Assembly (NCBI GenBank): GCA_964612965.1 | Contig: CAZTGB010000004.1 | Span: 1,299 to 41,709, forward strand | DNA: 40,411 nucleotides | Origin: an uncultured Gammaproteobacteria bacterium | GTDB lineage: Bacteria; Patescibacteriota; Microgenomatia; UBA8517 | Direction of reading: 5' to 3' | Part shown: in pieces, positions 1 through 7,735 of the stretch | How the letters are laid out: each line of letters opens with the position of its first letter | Numbering within the stretch: the first letter of the stretch is position 1 | The notes under the pieces: generated by a model | Database searches by the model: none | Told to the model about the DNA's origin: nothing | The model's input: the letters and a program-made list of their open reading frames with translations, nothing else | Translations under genes and position numbers: made by a program

Positions 1-70
1 ACTTAACTTCATTTTTCCCTAATTCCAGCATATCTCCAAAAATAATTATTGTCCTTTTTTTCCAGCCACC
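1..70 (-). other. murF: 3' continuation of murF in the -1 frame, running off the window
   Basis: Minus-strand frame starting at 70 reads GGWKKRTIIIFGDMLELGKNEVK. The GDMxELG segment is the conserved MurF C-terminal-domain motif. Confidence 0.6.
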
Positions 71-1011
71 TTTTTTAAAACTACGATAGCCTCTTTAGCT
101 GCACTCGGATTATTATTATATGAATCATCTATTAAAACAGCTCCCGACTTATGATTTACTATTTTCATTCTATGATCCTGATTTTTAAAAGATTCTAAAC
201 CTCTTTTAATTTTACTTAAATCGATTCCTAAAGCGTATGCAGTAGAAACGCAAGCTAAAGCATCATCTACAAATTGATTTCCTAAAATAGGTAAATTTAT
301 ATTAACTTTTTGTTTATCTATATTAAGCGTAAATTTAGTTTTAAAATCTCTTGTAAATGTTATTTCGGAAGCAAAAATTTCTGAACCTTTTCCAAACCAA
401 AAAGTCATTGATTCAAGCTTTCCCTTCAAGCCTTTTAAATATTTGTTTTCTAAATTAAGAATCGAAAATTCATTATCAGATGAAGATTTTACAAGTTTTG
501 ACTTTTCCTTAAAAACACCTTCTTCGTTCTCAAAAAAAAGTGTGTGTGTTGGATATATGTTTGTAATTACTCTTACATTTGGTCTAACCAACCATAAATA
601 AAAATCCATCTCATTAGGGTATTCGACTCCCATTTCTAAAACTAGATATTTTGTAAATGGTTTACACCTTAATATTGTTGTTGGGATATTGTAGATTGGA
701 TCTATATTAGCAAAACTGTAAATAGTTTCTCCCGAAAGACTCAATATTGAAGCTATCATTTCTTTAGTTGTAGTTTTTCCAGAACTACCAGTAATTCCTA
801 CCACTTTCAAACCAAAAAATTTTTGTAAAAACCTAACATAAACTCTCGCAATTCGTCGTTTAAAAGGGTGTACTATCCAAGTTCTAAATACGTTACTAAT
901 TTGAGAATACAAACCAAGCGGCCTATATATCAAAATATTTTCAATATGTTTATCAGGAAACTTAGGTGTAAGCCACCACTTTAACCAAGGAGATCCGCTG
1001 AACTTAACCAT
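46..1011 (-). CDS. murF: UDP-N-acetylmuramoyl-tripeptide--D-alanyl-D-alanine ligase (MurF); reading frame broken near the 3' end
   Basis: Mur-ligase P-loop GITGSSGKTTTKEMI and C-terminal-domain motif LIDDSYNNNPSAAKEAI. The ORF stops at 46-48 directly after an A7 run. The conserved continuation lies in another frame. Confidence 0.85.
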   Translation of the reverse strand: MVKFSGSPWLKWWLTPKFPDKHIENILIYRPLGLYSQISNVFRTWIVHPFKRRIARVYVRFLQKFFGLKVVGITGSSGKTTTKEMIASILSLSGETIYSFANIDPIYNIPTTILRCKPFTKYLVLEMGVEYPNEMDFYLWLVRPNVRVITNIYPTHTLFFENEEGVFKEKSKLVKSSSDNEFSILNLENKYLKGLKGKLESMTFWFGKGSEIFASEITFTRDFKTKFTLNIDKQKVNINLPILGNQFVDDALACVSTAYALGIDLSKIKRGLESFKNQDHRMKIVNHKSGAVLIDDSYNNNPSAAKEAIVVLKKVAGKKGQ

Positions 1012-1020
1012 TTTATGGGA

Positions 1021-1026
1021 TATAAT
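1021..1026 (+). promoter_or_regulatory. -10 box TATAAT, 6 nt upstream of ATG 1033 (candidate leaderless start)
   Basis: Perfect TATAAT at 1021-1026, then tgtatc, then ATG at 1033. A minus-strand TGaTACAAT (rc of 1025-1033) overlaps it and faces murF. Confidence 0.45.
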
Positions 1027-1032
1027 TGTATC

Positions 1033-1752
1033 ATGAAACTCAAACTTCCTCCAAAAACCATGAGCCTAGTAGATCATTATCTCAACTTAAAAGTTAAGGG
1101 TCATCTTCTTCCTTGCCCCTACTATGAAAATGTCTTAAGGAAAAAGGGTAGACCTGTTTTCGAAGGGAAAGGAACACCTGAAGAAATTGAGATCGAAGCT
1201 TCAAAATTATTCGATACTAAAGAAAAGCCTACCCTTTCTGAAATAAATAATAAAATGAGAAAAGTAAATTTAGGAATTGATTGCTCAGGTTTAGCAACTA
1301 GAATATTAGATACTTTTCTTGTCGAAAAGTATGGAAGAACAATTAGAAACTCACTTACTCCAATTGATAAAAGTCCCTTAGGATGGGTCAGGCATTTTAT
1401 TAGAACTTACACTAACATTTCTGCAAACATGATCACTTCAAAAGAAAATACTACCAACATAACAGACTATAAAGACATCAAACCCGGAGATTTAATAAGA
1501 GCTGGTAAACAACATGTAGGAATAGTTATGGAAGTCGAAATTAAATCAGGGGTTGTAGAAATTATCACTTTTATTCACAGTATTAGCGACAAAATGAAAC
1601 AAGCTGGTGTTAGAAAAGGAATCATAAGGATAACCAAACCTTCTAAAAAGCTGGAATATCAAAAATGGTACGAAGTTCCCAACAACTCGATGTATGAAGA
1701 ATTTTTAACAAGCAATAAGAATGATAGGGGGTTTAGGCGCCTAAAACTTTAG
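1033..1752 (+). CDS. NlpC/P60-like (papain-fold) cysteine peptidase/amidase, no signal peptide (paralog A)
   Basis: Catalytic-Cys motif LGIDCSGLATRIL, followed about 60 aa later by IKPGDLIRAGKQHVGIVMEV (His motif). The tracked ORF starts at 1015. I prefer Met7 (1033) because of the TATAAT-6-ATG geometry. Confidence 0.6.
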   Translation: MKLKLPPKTMSLVDHYLNLKVKGHLLPCPYYENVLRKKGRPVFEGKGTPEEIEIEASKLFDTKEKPTLSEINNKMRKVNLGIDCSGLATRILDTFLVEKYGRTIRNSLTPIDKSPLGWVRHFIRTYTNISANMITSKENTTNITDYKDIKPGDLIRAGKQHVGIVMEVEIKSGVVEIITFIHSISDKMKQAGVRKGIIRITKPSKKLEYQKWYEVPNNSMYEEFLTSNKNDRGFRRLKL

Positions 1753-2531
1753 TTATCACTAAGACCATACAACTCCTCCATAACTTTTAATCTTTTTAAA
1801 CCATCCCCTGGACGATAACCCTCTATTAGCCTATGGTTATATTTCATACCCTTTATGTTTACTTCAGACCATTCTTGATCAAAAATATGACCTCTTGGAT
1901 TAGTTATTTCAATACCAAAAATACTAGATCCCATGGCCGGAACAAAATCAGAAGTATGAACACATCTTAATTTATTTCCAAATTTACTAATAACAGTCAA
2001 GGAATGTTTTCCTCCAAGGGCTCTGATAATATCGCCCGGTTTGGCGTTTATTGATTCTGGAACATCAATGGAATTTGTACTATTTGTTAAAAAATTCGAA
2101 TTAACCCTGGCAATCCCGACACTAGAGTCAATACCTACAACCTTATTCTCAAAATCAATTCCCCCCAAACTTTGATAAATAAATTTTGTAACCTGATATG
2201 TAAGCCCAGAACAATCAACCCCAATGTGGTTTAAACGCAAAAAATAATTTAAAAAGGAATCTGAAAAATGACCTACTTTAATCCCCCTCTCTTCAAATAA
2301 CTGTTGAGCTTGTCTTTTAACTTCTACGTAGCTTAACTTACCACCATGATAATGTGCTCCAAACATTAATGATTTCCCCCAGTCGCTGTCTTTATTCATC
2401 CAAAAAGGTGCGTTTATATAACGTGATCCAATTTCAACTCTTGTAAACCTATGGGCTATCACCTCTCCAACGAGATTTGCTCTAACCTCAATAGGTAACG
2501 AGAGAATTTTAGTGTCATTTTCTCTAAGCAT
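1749..2531 (-). CDS. NlpC/P60-like (papain-fold) cysteine peptidase/amidase, no signal peptide (paralog B)
   Basis: HIGVDCSGLTYQV, then AKPGDIIRALGGKHSLTVI. Shares the C-terminal G(F/L)(R/K)RLK ending with paralog A. The start overlaps the murE stop by 8 nt. Confidence 0.6.
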   Translation of the reverse strand: MLRENDTKILSLPIEVRANLVGEVIAHRFTRVEIGSRYINAPFWMNKDSDWGKSLMFGAHYHGGKLSYVEVKRQAQQLFEERGIKVGHFSDSFLNYFLRLNHIGVDCSGLTYQVTKFIYQSLGGIDFENKVVGIDSSVGIARVNSNFLTNSTNSIDVPESINAKPGDIIRALGGKHSLTVISKFGNKLRCVHTSDFVPAMGSSIFGIEITNPRGHIFDQEWSEVNIKGMKYNHRLIEGYRPGDGLKRLKVMEELYGLSDN

Positions 2532-3714
2532 TTGAATTTATTAGTACTCTGCGAATAACTTCACTATCAGACCATTTTTGCTCCACCCCATTAAAATTCA
2601 TACTTTTCTCGTGTCCCTTGCCGCAAATTACCACAATGTCACCGTCTTTACTTAATTTATTTACAGCATAAGAAATGGCTTCCCTTCTGTCTGGAATAAC
2701 ATGTATCTTTGATTTTCTATTTTTTATACCACTCATCATTTGAGAAATAATATCTTCCACATTTTCGCCTCTTGGGTCCTCTGCGGTAAAAACAGAAATG
2801 TCAGCAAATTCACTAGATATCTTTCCCATCATTGGCCTTTTTTCGATGTCTCTTTCTCCAGCGCATCCAAAAACAGATATTAATTTTGAATTTTTGTTCT
2901 TCTGTTTTTGTAGTGTCGTTAAAACCTCCTTCAAAGCATTTGGTGTATGAGCAAAGTCAACAATAATTCTAATTCGTTTATTGTTTTTAATTTCCTGCAT
3001 TCTTCCCTCAACCCCTTTAAAGTTTTTAATTGCTTTTACAATATCTTTATCTTCAATTTCAAGTTTTTTGGCAACTAAAATTGCAGCTGTTGAATTCAGA
3101 AGGTTATATGGCTCATTAAATTTAGATGATACAATTTTCTTCAACTCTCCTTTTAAAGTATTCTCGTCATACAAAAATATTTCTTTTCTATTTTTTATAA
3201 AACTTTTAATGAACCTGTGATATTTTCTATTAATAATTAAGGTTTTTGACCAATTAAAGAGTTTTGCTTTGGCCTTTGCATAATTTGAAAATGTTTTGTG
3301 GTAATCAAGATGTTCGTGAGTAATATTAGTTAACACCCCTATTGAATAATTACATCCAAGTGTTCTATGTTGATCAAGTCCGTGGGATGTTGTCTCTAAA
3401 ACCAAATACTTAACCCCTCTTTTAACCATTTTAACAATTAGGGGTTGAAGAAATTTAGCATCGGGGGTTGTTACATGAAAACCGGTATCTATCTCTTTAC
3501 TATCAATAAAAGCACCAACAGTCGAAATTAAAGCAACTCTCCGGCCACCCGCTTTCAAAATCTCATAAATTAAGTGCGACGTTGTCGTTTTTCCATCAGT
3601 TCCGGTTACACCAATCACAATTAGCTTTCGAGCAGGATATCCATTTTTAACCACCCACCAAAATGAATCAAGAAAATGTCTTAAATTTTTGTATTTACCC
3701 ACAATGCTTAACAT
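2524..3714 (-). CDS. murE: UDP-N-acetylmuramoyl-L-alanyl-D-glutamate--diamino acid ligase (MurE), short form lacking N-terminal domain 1
   Basis: GVTGTDGKTTTSHLI P-loop at residues 35-49, DFAHTPNAL, FGCAGERDIEKRPMMG, AEDPRGE, ICGKGHE. These are all MurE-type motifs. Confidence 0.85.
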   Translation of the reverse strand: MLSIVGKYKNLRHFLDSFWWVVKNGYPARKLIVIGVTGTDGKTTTSHLIYEILKAGGRRVALISTVGAFIDSKEIDTGFHVTTPDAKFLQPLIVKMVKRGVKYLVLETTSHGLDQHRTLGCNYSIGVLTNITHEHLDYHKTFSNYAKAKAKLFNWSKTLIINRKYHRFIKSFIKNRKEIFLYDENTLKGELKKIVSSKFNEPYNLLNSTAAILVAKKLEIEDKDIVKAIKNFKGVEGRMQEIKNNKRIRIIVDFAHTPNALKEVLTTLQKQKNKNSKLISVFGCAGERDIEKRPMMGKISSEFADISVFTAEDPRGENVEDIISQMMSGIKNRKSKIHVIPDRREAISYAVNKLSKDGDIVVICGKGHEKSMNFNGVEQKWSDSEVIRRVLINSNA

Positions 3715-4346
3715 AAAGTTTTTAATTTCAAATTATTTTTCTGATAAACAAAGGTGCAAATTCCACCATTAGGAATAATAACTAAAGGTTTACTAGAAAT
3801 CGGGACATTAATTGCCTTAAAAAGAATCATTTTCATAACATCGACATGTGTACAAATAATCAAAGAGGAAAAATGATCCATAACCTTTAAAAGATCTTGC
3901 AGTGCATTCCAAGATCTCTCTTGAACATCCAAATATGTTTCACCTCCAGGGAACGAAGTTTTTGAAGGATCTGTTATCCAAGCAGTGTAAACATCAGGAA
4001 ATTTATCTTTTATTTGAGCAACCGTTAAACCAGATGCTTCACCAAAATCAGTTTCCTGGAGATTTTTATCGATTTTCACTTCAAAGTGTTCAATATCAAA
4101 ATGTTTCCTAACTATTTCTAATGTTTGTATACTCCTTCTCGCAGGACTTGTACAAAGTAAAGGTTTTGATAAATCCATTATTTCTCTAAGACCATCTAAT
4201 TTCCTTAAAAAATCTGGAGTACTATCATCAATAATTTCAGGATCAAAATCTCTTCCCATATAAGCACCACTTTTATTCATCGGTGTAGGAAGATGCCTAA
4301 TTAGATAGACTTCTTTTTCTGTCATTGTGTCGAAATAGTGTATCAC
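3708..4346 (-). CDS. Histidine phosphatase superfamily protein (phosphoglycerate-mutase-like, branch 1)
   Basis: VYLIRHLPT (RH motif), CTSPARRSIQTLEIV (SPxxRAxQT), ETDFGEASGL, ICTHVDVM (second His). Confidence 0.8.
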   Translation of the reverse strand: MIHYFDTMTEKEVYLIRHLPTPMNKSGAYMGRDFDPEIIDDSTPDFLRKLDGLREIMDLSKPLLCTSPARRSIQTLEIVRKHFDIEHFEVKIDKNLQETDFGEASGLTVAQIKDKFPDVYTAWITDPSKTSFPGGETYLDVQERSWNALQDLLKVMDHFSSLIICTHVDVMKMILFKAINVPISSKPLVIIPNGGICTFVYQKNNLKLKTLC

Positions 4347-4352
4347 ACAACA

Positions 4353-6083
4353 TCAATTTTCAGGCTGAATTCCTAAATAAGGAAACAGATCCTTTGCAAT
4401 TGAATACCAAAGTGGAGCTGCAGTTTCACTTGCCCACTGTGAAGATTGTGGTTCAGAAAGAATGACAATCATTACAAACTTTGGTTTGTCATACGGAGCA
4501 AACCCTACAAAGCTTGCATTGGTTTTCTCGGCATCATAGTGTCCCGCAATTGGAATTTGCGCAGTTCCAGTTTTTCCAGCCACTTTAAATCCTTTCAGAT
4601 CAGTCCATTTACTCTCCCCGTGGGAAGCCGCCTCACCCATCATGGCAGTTATCTTGTCAGCAGCCTCAGCGCTTATCACACGAACTCCAGGTGGAGTTTT
4701 AACTCCCTCACTCCATCCATCCCCTTCTATCTCCTCAACTATTTTGGGGGTAGTTAAGATTCCATCATTAGCAATCGCTGAAACGGCCCTGATCATTCCA
4801 ATTGGAGTAGTTGCAATTCCCTGTCCGAAAGTAGCTGTTGCAAGATCAACTATATTCCAGGTTCCTTTTTTTCGAATGGCAGGAGCCGCTTCACCTTGCA
4901 AATCAATCCCTGTTAATTTTCCTATTCCGAATTTATCTAAATAATCATACAGTCTGTCAGATCCTAACTTTTGTCCAACAAAAGCCATTCCAACATTATC
5001 TGAGTGTACTATTACATCAACCATTGAAGAATCCTCACGATATTCCCTGTTCCAAGTCTCGATTGTGTATTTGTCAACTTTTAAAGGTCCCGCACATATA
5101 TCACACTTTGTGTCAGGTTCAATAACTCCAGCATCAAGTCCAGCAGCCATAACCAATACTTTAAATATCGATCCCGGTTCAAAAGAATCTGAAATTGCAG
5201 GATTTTTAAAAAGTAAATCACCAAATTTCTGATAACTTCTTGGGTCATACGAAGGACTTGACTCCATTGCCATTATCTTTCCCGTTGAAGGTTCCATTAC
5301 AATTACTGTTCCTGCGCGGGCTCCATACTTTTCAATTCCCTCTTTTAGTTTTTCTGAAACAGTTAGCTGTATCCTTTTATCTATTGATGTTACAAGATCA
5401 ACCCCATCAACTGCACTGACATCGCGCCCCTTACCAGATATTATTGGGGCTCCTGCAGCATCAACCTCTCCTCCACGAAATCCTGCCTTGCCGGAAAGAG
5501 CCAAATTGTAATAACCTTCAATTCCAAAATACCCAACATCGCCCCCTTCGCTATCTTTCCCCACAAACCCTAAAAGTTGTGCCGCAACTGAAGCTTCAGG
5601 ATAAAATCTTGCATCATGCGGCTCAAACCCAATCCCATGAATTTTTAAAGCTTCAATATTTTTCTTTTTGTCACCATCAATATCCCTTCCCAATGCTATC
5701 CAATAAAGGTCACGTCTCTCTAAATTTTCCCTAATTTTATCTATTAAATTAAGTAGCTCTTCTCTATCGTCTAGATCTTCAACCAAAAAAGGAGCTAGTT
5801 TCTCGGCTACACTTTTAGAAGAATCGGTTACTTCCCTGGGGTTAGCAAACACTTGCCAAGATTCACCCCGAAGTGCCCAAAAACTGCCATCAGGAGCTTT
5901 AATGTTACCTCTAGGAGCTGTTAAAACTTCCGAAGATTTATGCTGACTACGTGCGCTTTCCGAAAGATCGCGCCCTCTTACCACCTGCCAATATCCCAAA
6001 CGAACAACTAAAGCGATTAAACAAACAAAAAAGACAAAAGAAAGAAACTTAATTTTTGCTTGCAACATTTGTAGTTTCACCAA
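4353..6083 (-). CDS. ftsI: Class B penicillin-binding protein / peptidoglycan D,D-transpeptidase (FtsI-like)
   Basis: N-terminal TM, then SxxK (GSIFKVL), SxN (HSDNVG) and KTG (AGKTGTA) motifs, in dcw position after ftsL. The tracked start is TTG at 6083. ATG at 6068 (MLQAKIKFL...) is an alternative. Confidence 0.85.
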   Translation of the reverse strand: MVKLQMLQAKIKFLSFVFFVCLIALVVRLGYWQVVRGRDLSESARSQHKSSEVLTAPRGNIKAPDGSFWALRGESWQVFANPREVTDSSKSVAEKLAPFLVEDLDDREELLNLIDKIRENLERRDLYWIALGRDIDGDKKKNIEALKIHGIGFEPHDARFYPEASVAAQLLGFVGKDSEGGDVGYFGIEGYYNLALSGKAGFRGGEVDAAGAPIISGKGRDVSAVDGVDLVTSIDKRIQLTVSEKLKEGIEKYGARAGTVIVMEPSTGKIMAMESSPSYDPRSYQKFGDLLFKNPAISDSFEPGSIFKVLVMAAGLDAGVIEPDTKCDICAGPLKVDKYTIETWNREYREDSSMVDVIVHSDNVGMAFVGQKLGSDRLYDYLDKFGIGKLTGIDLQGEAAPAIRKKGTWNIVDLATATFGQGIATTPIGMIRAVSAIANDGILTTPKIVEEIEGDGWSEGVKTPPGVRVISAEAADKITAMMGEAASHGESKWTDLKGFKVAGKTGTAQIPIAGHYDAEKTNASFVGFAPYDKPKFVMIVILSEPQSSQWASETAAPLWYSIAKDLFPYLGIQPEN

Positions 6084-6360
6084 GATATATCAAACTGGAT
6101 GGTTTTGTAAAACCAAGTGACTCACCCTTTTCTTCTAAATCACTTGTTGAAACAGATTTAACTAAGTCTCCTTGTAAACCACGTCTCTGGGTAATTAAAG
6201 TAGCTTGCTTAGTCTGAAGTGAAGCAACCTCAGCACTGGTCGTAACTGATTCAATAGTAAGTAAAACCGATGATACCGCAAAAATAACTAATGTGATTAC
6301 AACAACAGTTTTTATGTTGACATATCGCCTTTTAGGCATCATTAATATTTTCTTTTTCAT
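6049..6360 (-). CDS. ftsL: FtsL-like small bitopic cell-division protein
   Basis: 103 aa with basic N-terminus, one TM (TVVVITLVIFAVSSVLLTI) and a short coiled-coil-like tail. Located between rsmH and ftsI. Assignment rests on size, topology and synteny only. Confidence 0.5.
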   Translation of the reverse strand: MKKKILMMPKRRYVNIKTVVVITLVIFAVSSVLLTIESVTTSAEVASLQTKQATLITQRRGLQGDLVKSVSTSDLEEKGESLGFTKPSSLIYLGETTNVASKN

Positions 6361-6370
6361 GATATTCTAA

Positions 6371-6384
6371 CAAGCTTTGCTTAT
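6371..6384 (-). repeat. Stop-proximal hairpin motif ATAAGC-AAA-GCTTGT (copy a)
   Basis: Plus strand caagctttgcttat, 4 nt downstream of the rsmH stop (6389-6391) and 10 nt upstream of the ftsL ATG. Confidence 0.6.
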
Positions 6385-6388
6385 AACT

Positions 6389-7252
6389 CTAATTTGTTTT
6401 TTTCAAAACTCTTAATTTAGCACTCCTAGCTTTTGGATTTAAATTAACCTCCATCTCATTCGGATAAATTAATTCTCCACCTCCGTATTTCTTGTAAAAA
6501 TCTTTAACTATCTTGTCCTCTCCCGAATGAAAACTGATTACAACTAAGTAACCGCCCGGTTCTATTAGGCTATATGCCTTAGGCAGTACACTTTCTAAAT
6601 TATCAAGCTCGCTATTAACTCCAATTCTTAGGGCTAAAAAGGGGAGTGTCGCCGGGCTTATCCCAGGCTTTCCCCTTAAGTTTTTACAAATCTCAAGTAA
6701 ATCAGATACTTTTTCAAATGGACTTATTTCTCTTTTCTCTATAATCTTTTTTGTAATAAAACGTGCAGGACCTCTTTCCATTGTTGTTTCAAAAAGTGAA
6801 ATCAACTGATCCTCCCTTAAGGCATTTAATAAGTCAGAAGCCGCAACACCCTGTGAGTTTTCATTAAGCCTCATATCAAGTGGGTCATTAGGATTTCCAA
6901 AAGAAAATCCACGGGTGTCATCGGTCAAATGAAGGTTAGAAACTCCCAAATCAAATAATATTCCAGATACTTCGACAAAATCGTTTGCAATAGCAATTCG
7001 GTCAATATCTATAAAATTTCCAATCTCAAGTTTCCAATTTTTAATTCCTTCTGCCTCAAGCCGGGATCTAGCGATACCAAGCATTTTAGGATCTCGGTCA
7101 ATCCCTAAAACCACTCCTCCCGCTTTGGCAATTTGCAAACTATGACCTCCAGTTCCCAAGGTTGCGTCTATATATTTGCGAGCTTTTTTAATGTGCAACT
7201 GCTCTAATACTTCATGAACCATTACCGATTCATGATAATTGTCGTTTTTCAT
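6389..7252 (-). CDS. rsmH: 16S rRNA (cytosine1402-N4)-methyltransferase RsmH (MraW)
   Basis: HESVMVHEVLE, DATLGTGGHS, ISFHSGEDKIVK. Position after mraZ. Confidence 0.9.
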   Translation of the reverse strand: MKNDNYHESVMVHEVLEQLHIKKARKYIDATLGTGGHSLQIAKAGGVVLGIDRDPKMLGIARSRLEAEGIKNWKLEIGNFIDIDRIAIANDFVEVSGILFDLGVSNLHLTDDTRGFSFGNPNDPLDMRLNENSQGVAASDLLNALREDQLISLFETTMERGPARFITKKIIEKREISPFEKVSDLLEICKNLRGKPGISPATLPFLALRIGVNSELDNLESVLPKAYSLIEPGGYLVVISFHSGEDKIVKDFYKKYGGGELIYPNEMEVNLNPKARSAKLRVLKKTN

Positions 7253-7677
7253 CTTTTACTTATCTCCTCAATGTACTGTGATGCCTCTTTTGCTATAACT
7301 TTTTCTTTTTCATCCCAAACCTCTTTATTCCAGATCTCTACCCTATCCCCAATTCCTAAAAAATAAACATCCTCACCCAACCCCGCATATTCAATCAATC
7401 TTTCAGGTACAACTATTCTTCCCTGCTCATCAGGTACAATCTCGTAGGCTAACGAAAAGATAAAATGCTCCGAACCTCTAACTGGAGCCGTAATTAACTT
7501 CTCCTCTCCTGTTATTCTTTTCAAAAGTGCATTCCAACTACTTTTAGCAACCAAAACCAAACACTCCTCGTACCATTTTGCAATAACAATATTCTCTCCA
7601 AGTTCTCGTCGAAGAGGCGCCGGAAGAGATGTTCTGTGATTCACAGGAAGTTTTGCCGGATATGTTCCAGAAAGCAT
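7249..7677 (-). CDS. mraZ: Transcriptional regulator MraZ
   Basis: 142 aa, duplicated SpoVT/AbrB-like halves (…HRTSLPAPLRREL… and DEQGRIVVPERLIEYAGL). First gene of the dcw cluster. Confidence 0.85.
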   Translation of the reverse strand: MLSGTYPAKLPVNHRTSLPAPLRRELGENIVIAKWYEECLVLVAKSSWNALLKRITGEEKLITAPVRGSEHFIFSLAYEIVPDEQGRIVVPERLIEYAGLGEDVYFLGIGDRVEIWNKEVWDEKEKVIAKEASQYIEEISKR

Positions 7678-7709
7678 ATAAGTTATCAGTGGAGCCGGGC
7701 AGGCTCACT

Positions 7710-7735
7710 CCATTTCTCACCATTACAAACCATTT
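7710..7735 (-). promoter_or_regulatory. Three direct repeats (A/T)AATGG at exact 10-bp phasing: candidate MraZ operator
   Basis: Plus-strand ccatt at 7710, 7720 and 7730. Minus strand reads AAATGGtttgTAATGGtgagAAATGG. The first repeat overlaps the predicted -10. Confidence 0.5.

Noticed and set aside
2981-5734. Plus-strand ORFs of 61-103 aa (2981-3220, 3902-4111, 4446-4757, 4642-4944, 4838-5125, 5444-5734)
   Set aside because: All lie antisense inside well-supported minus-strand genes (murE, histidine phosphatase, ftsI). Their products are low-complexity with no motifs, as expected for antisense frames of AT-rich genes.
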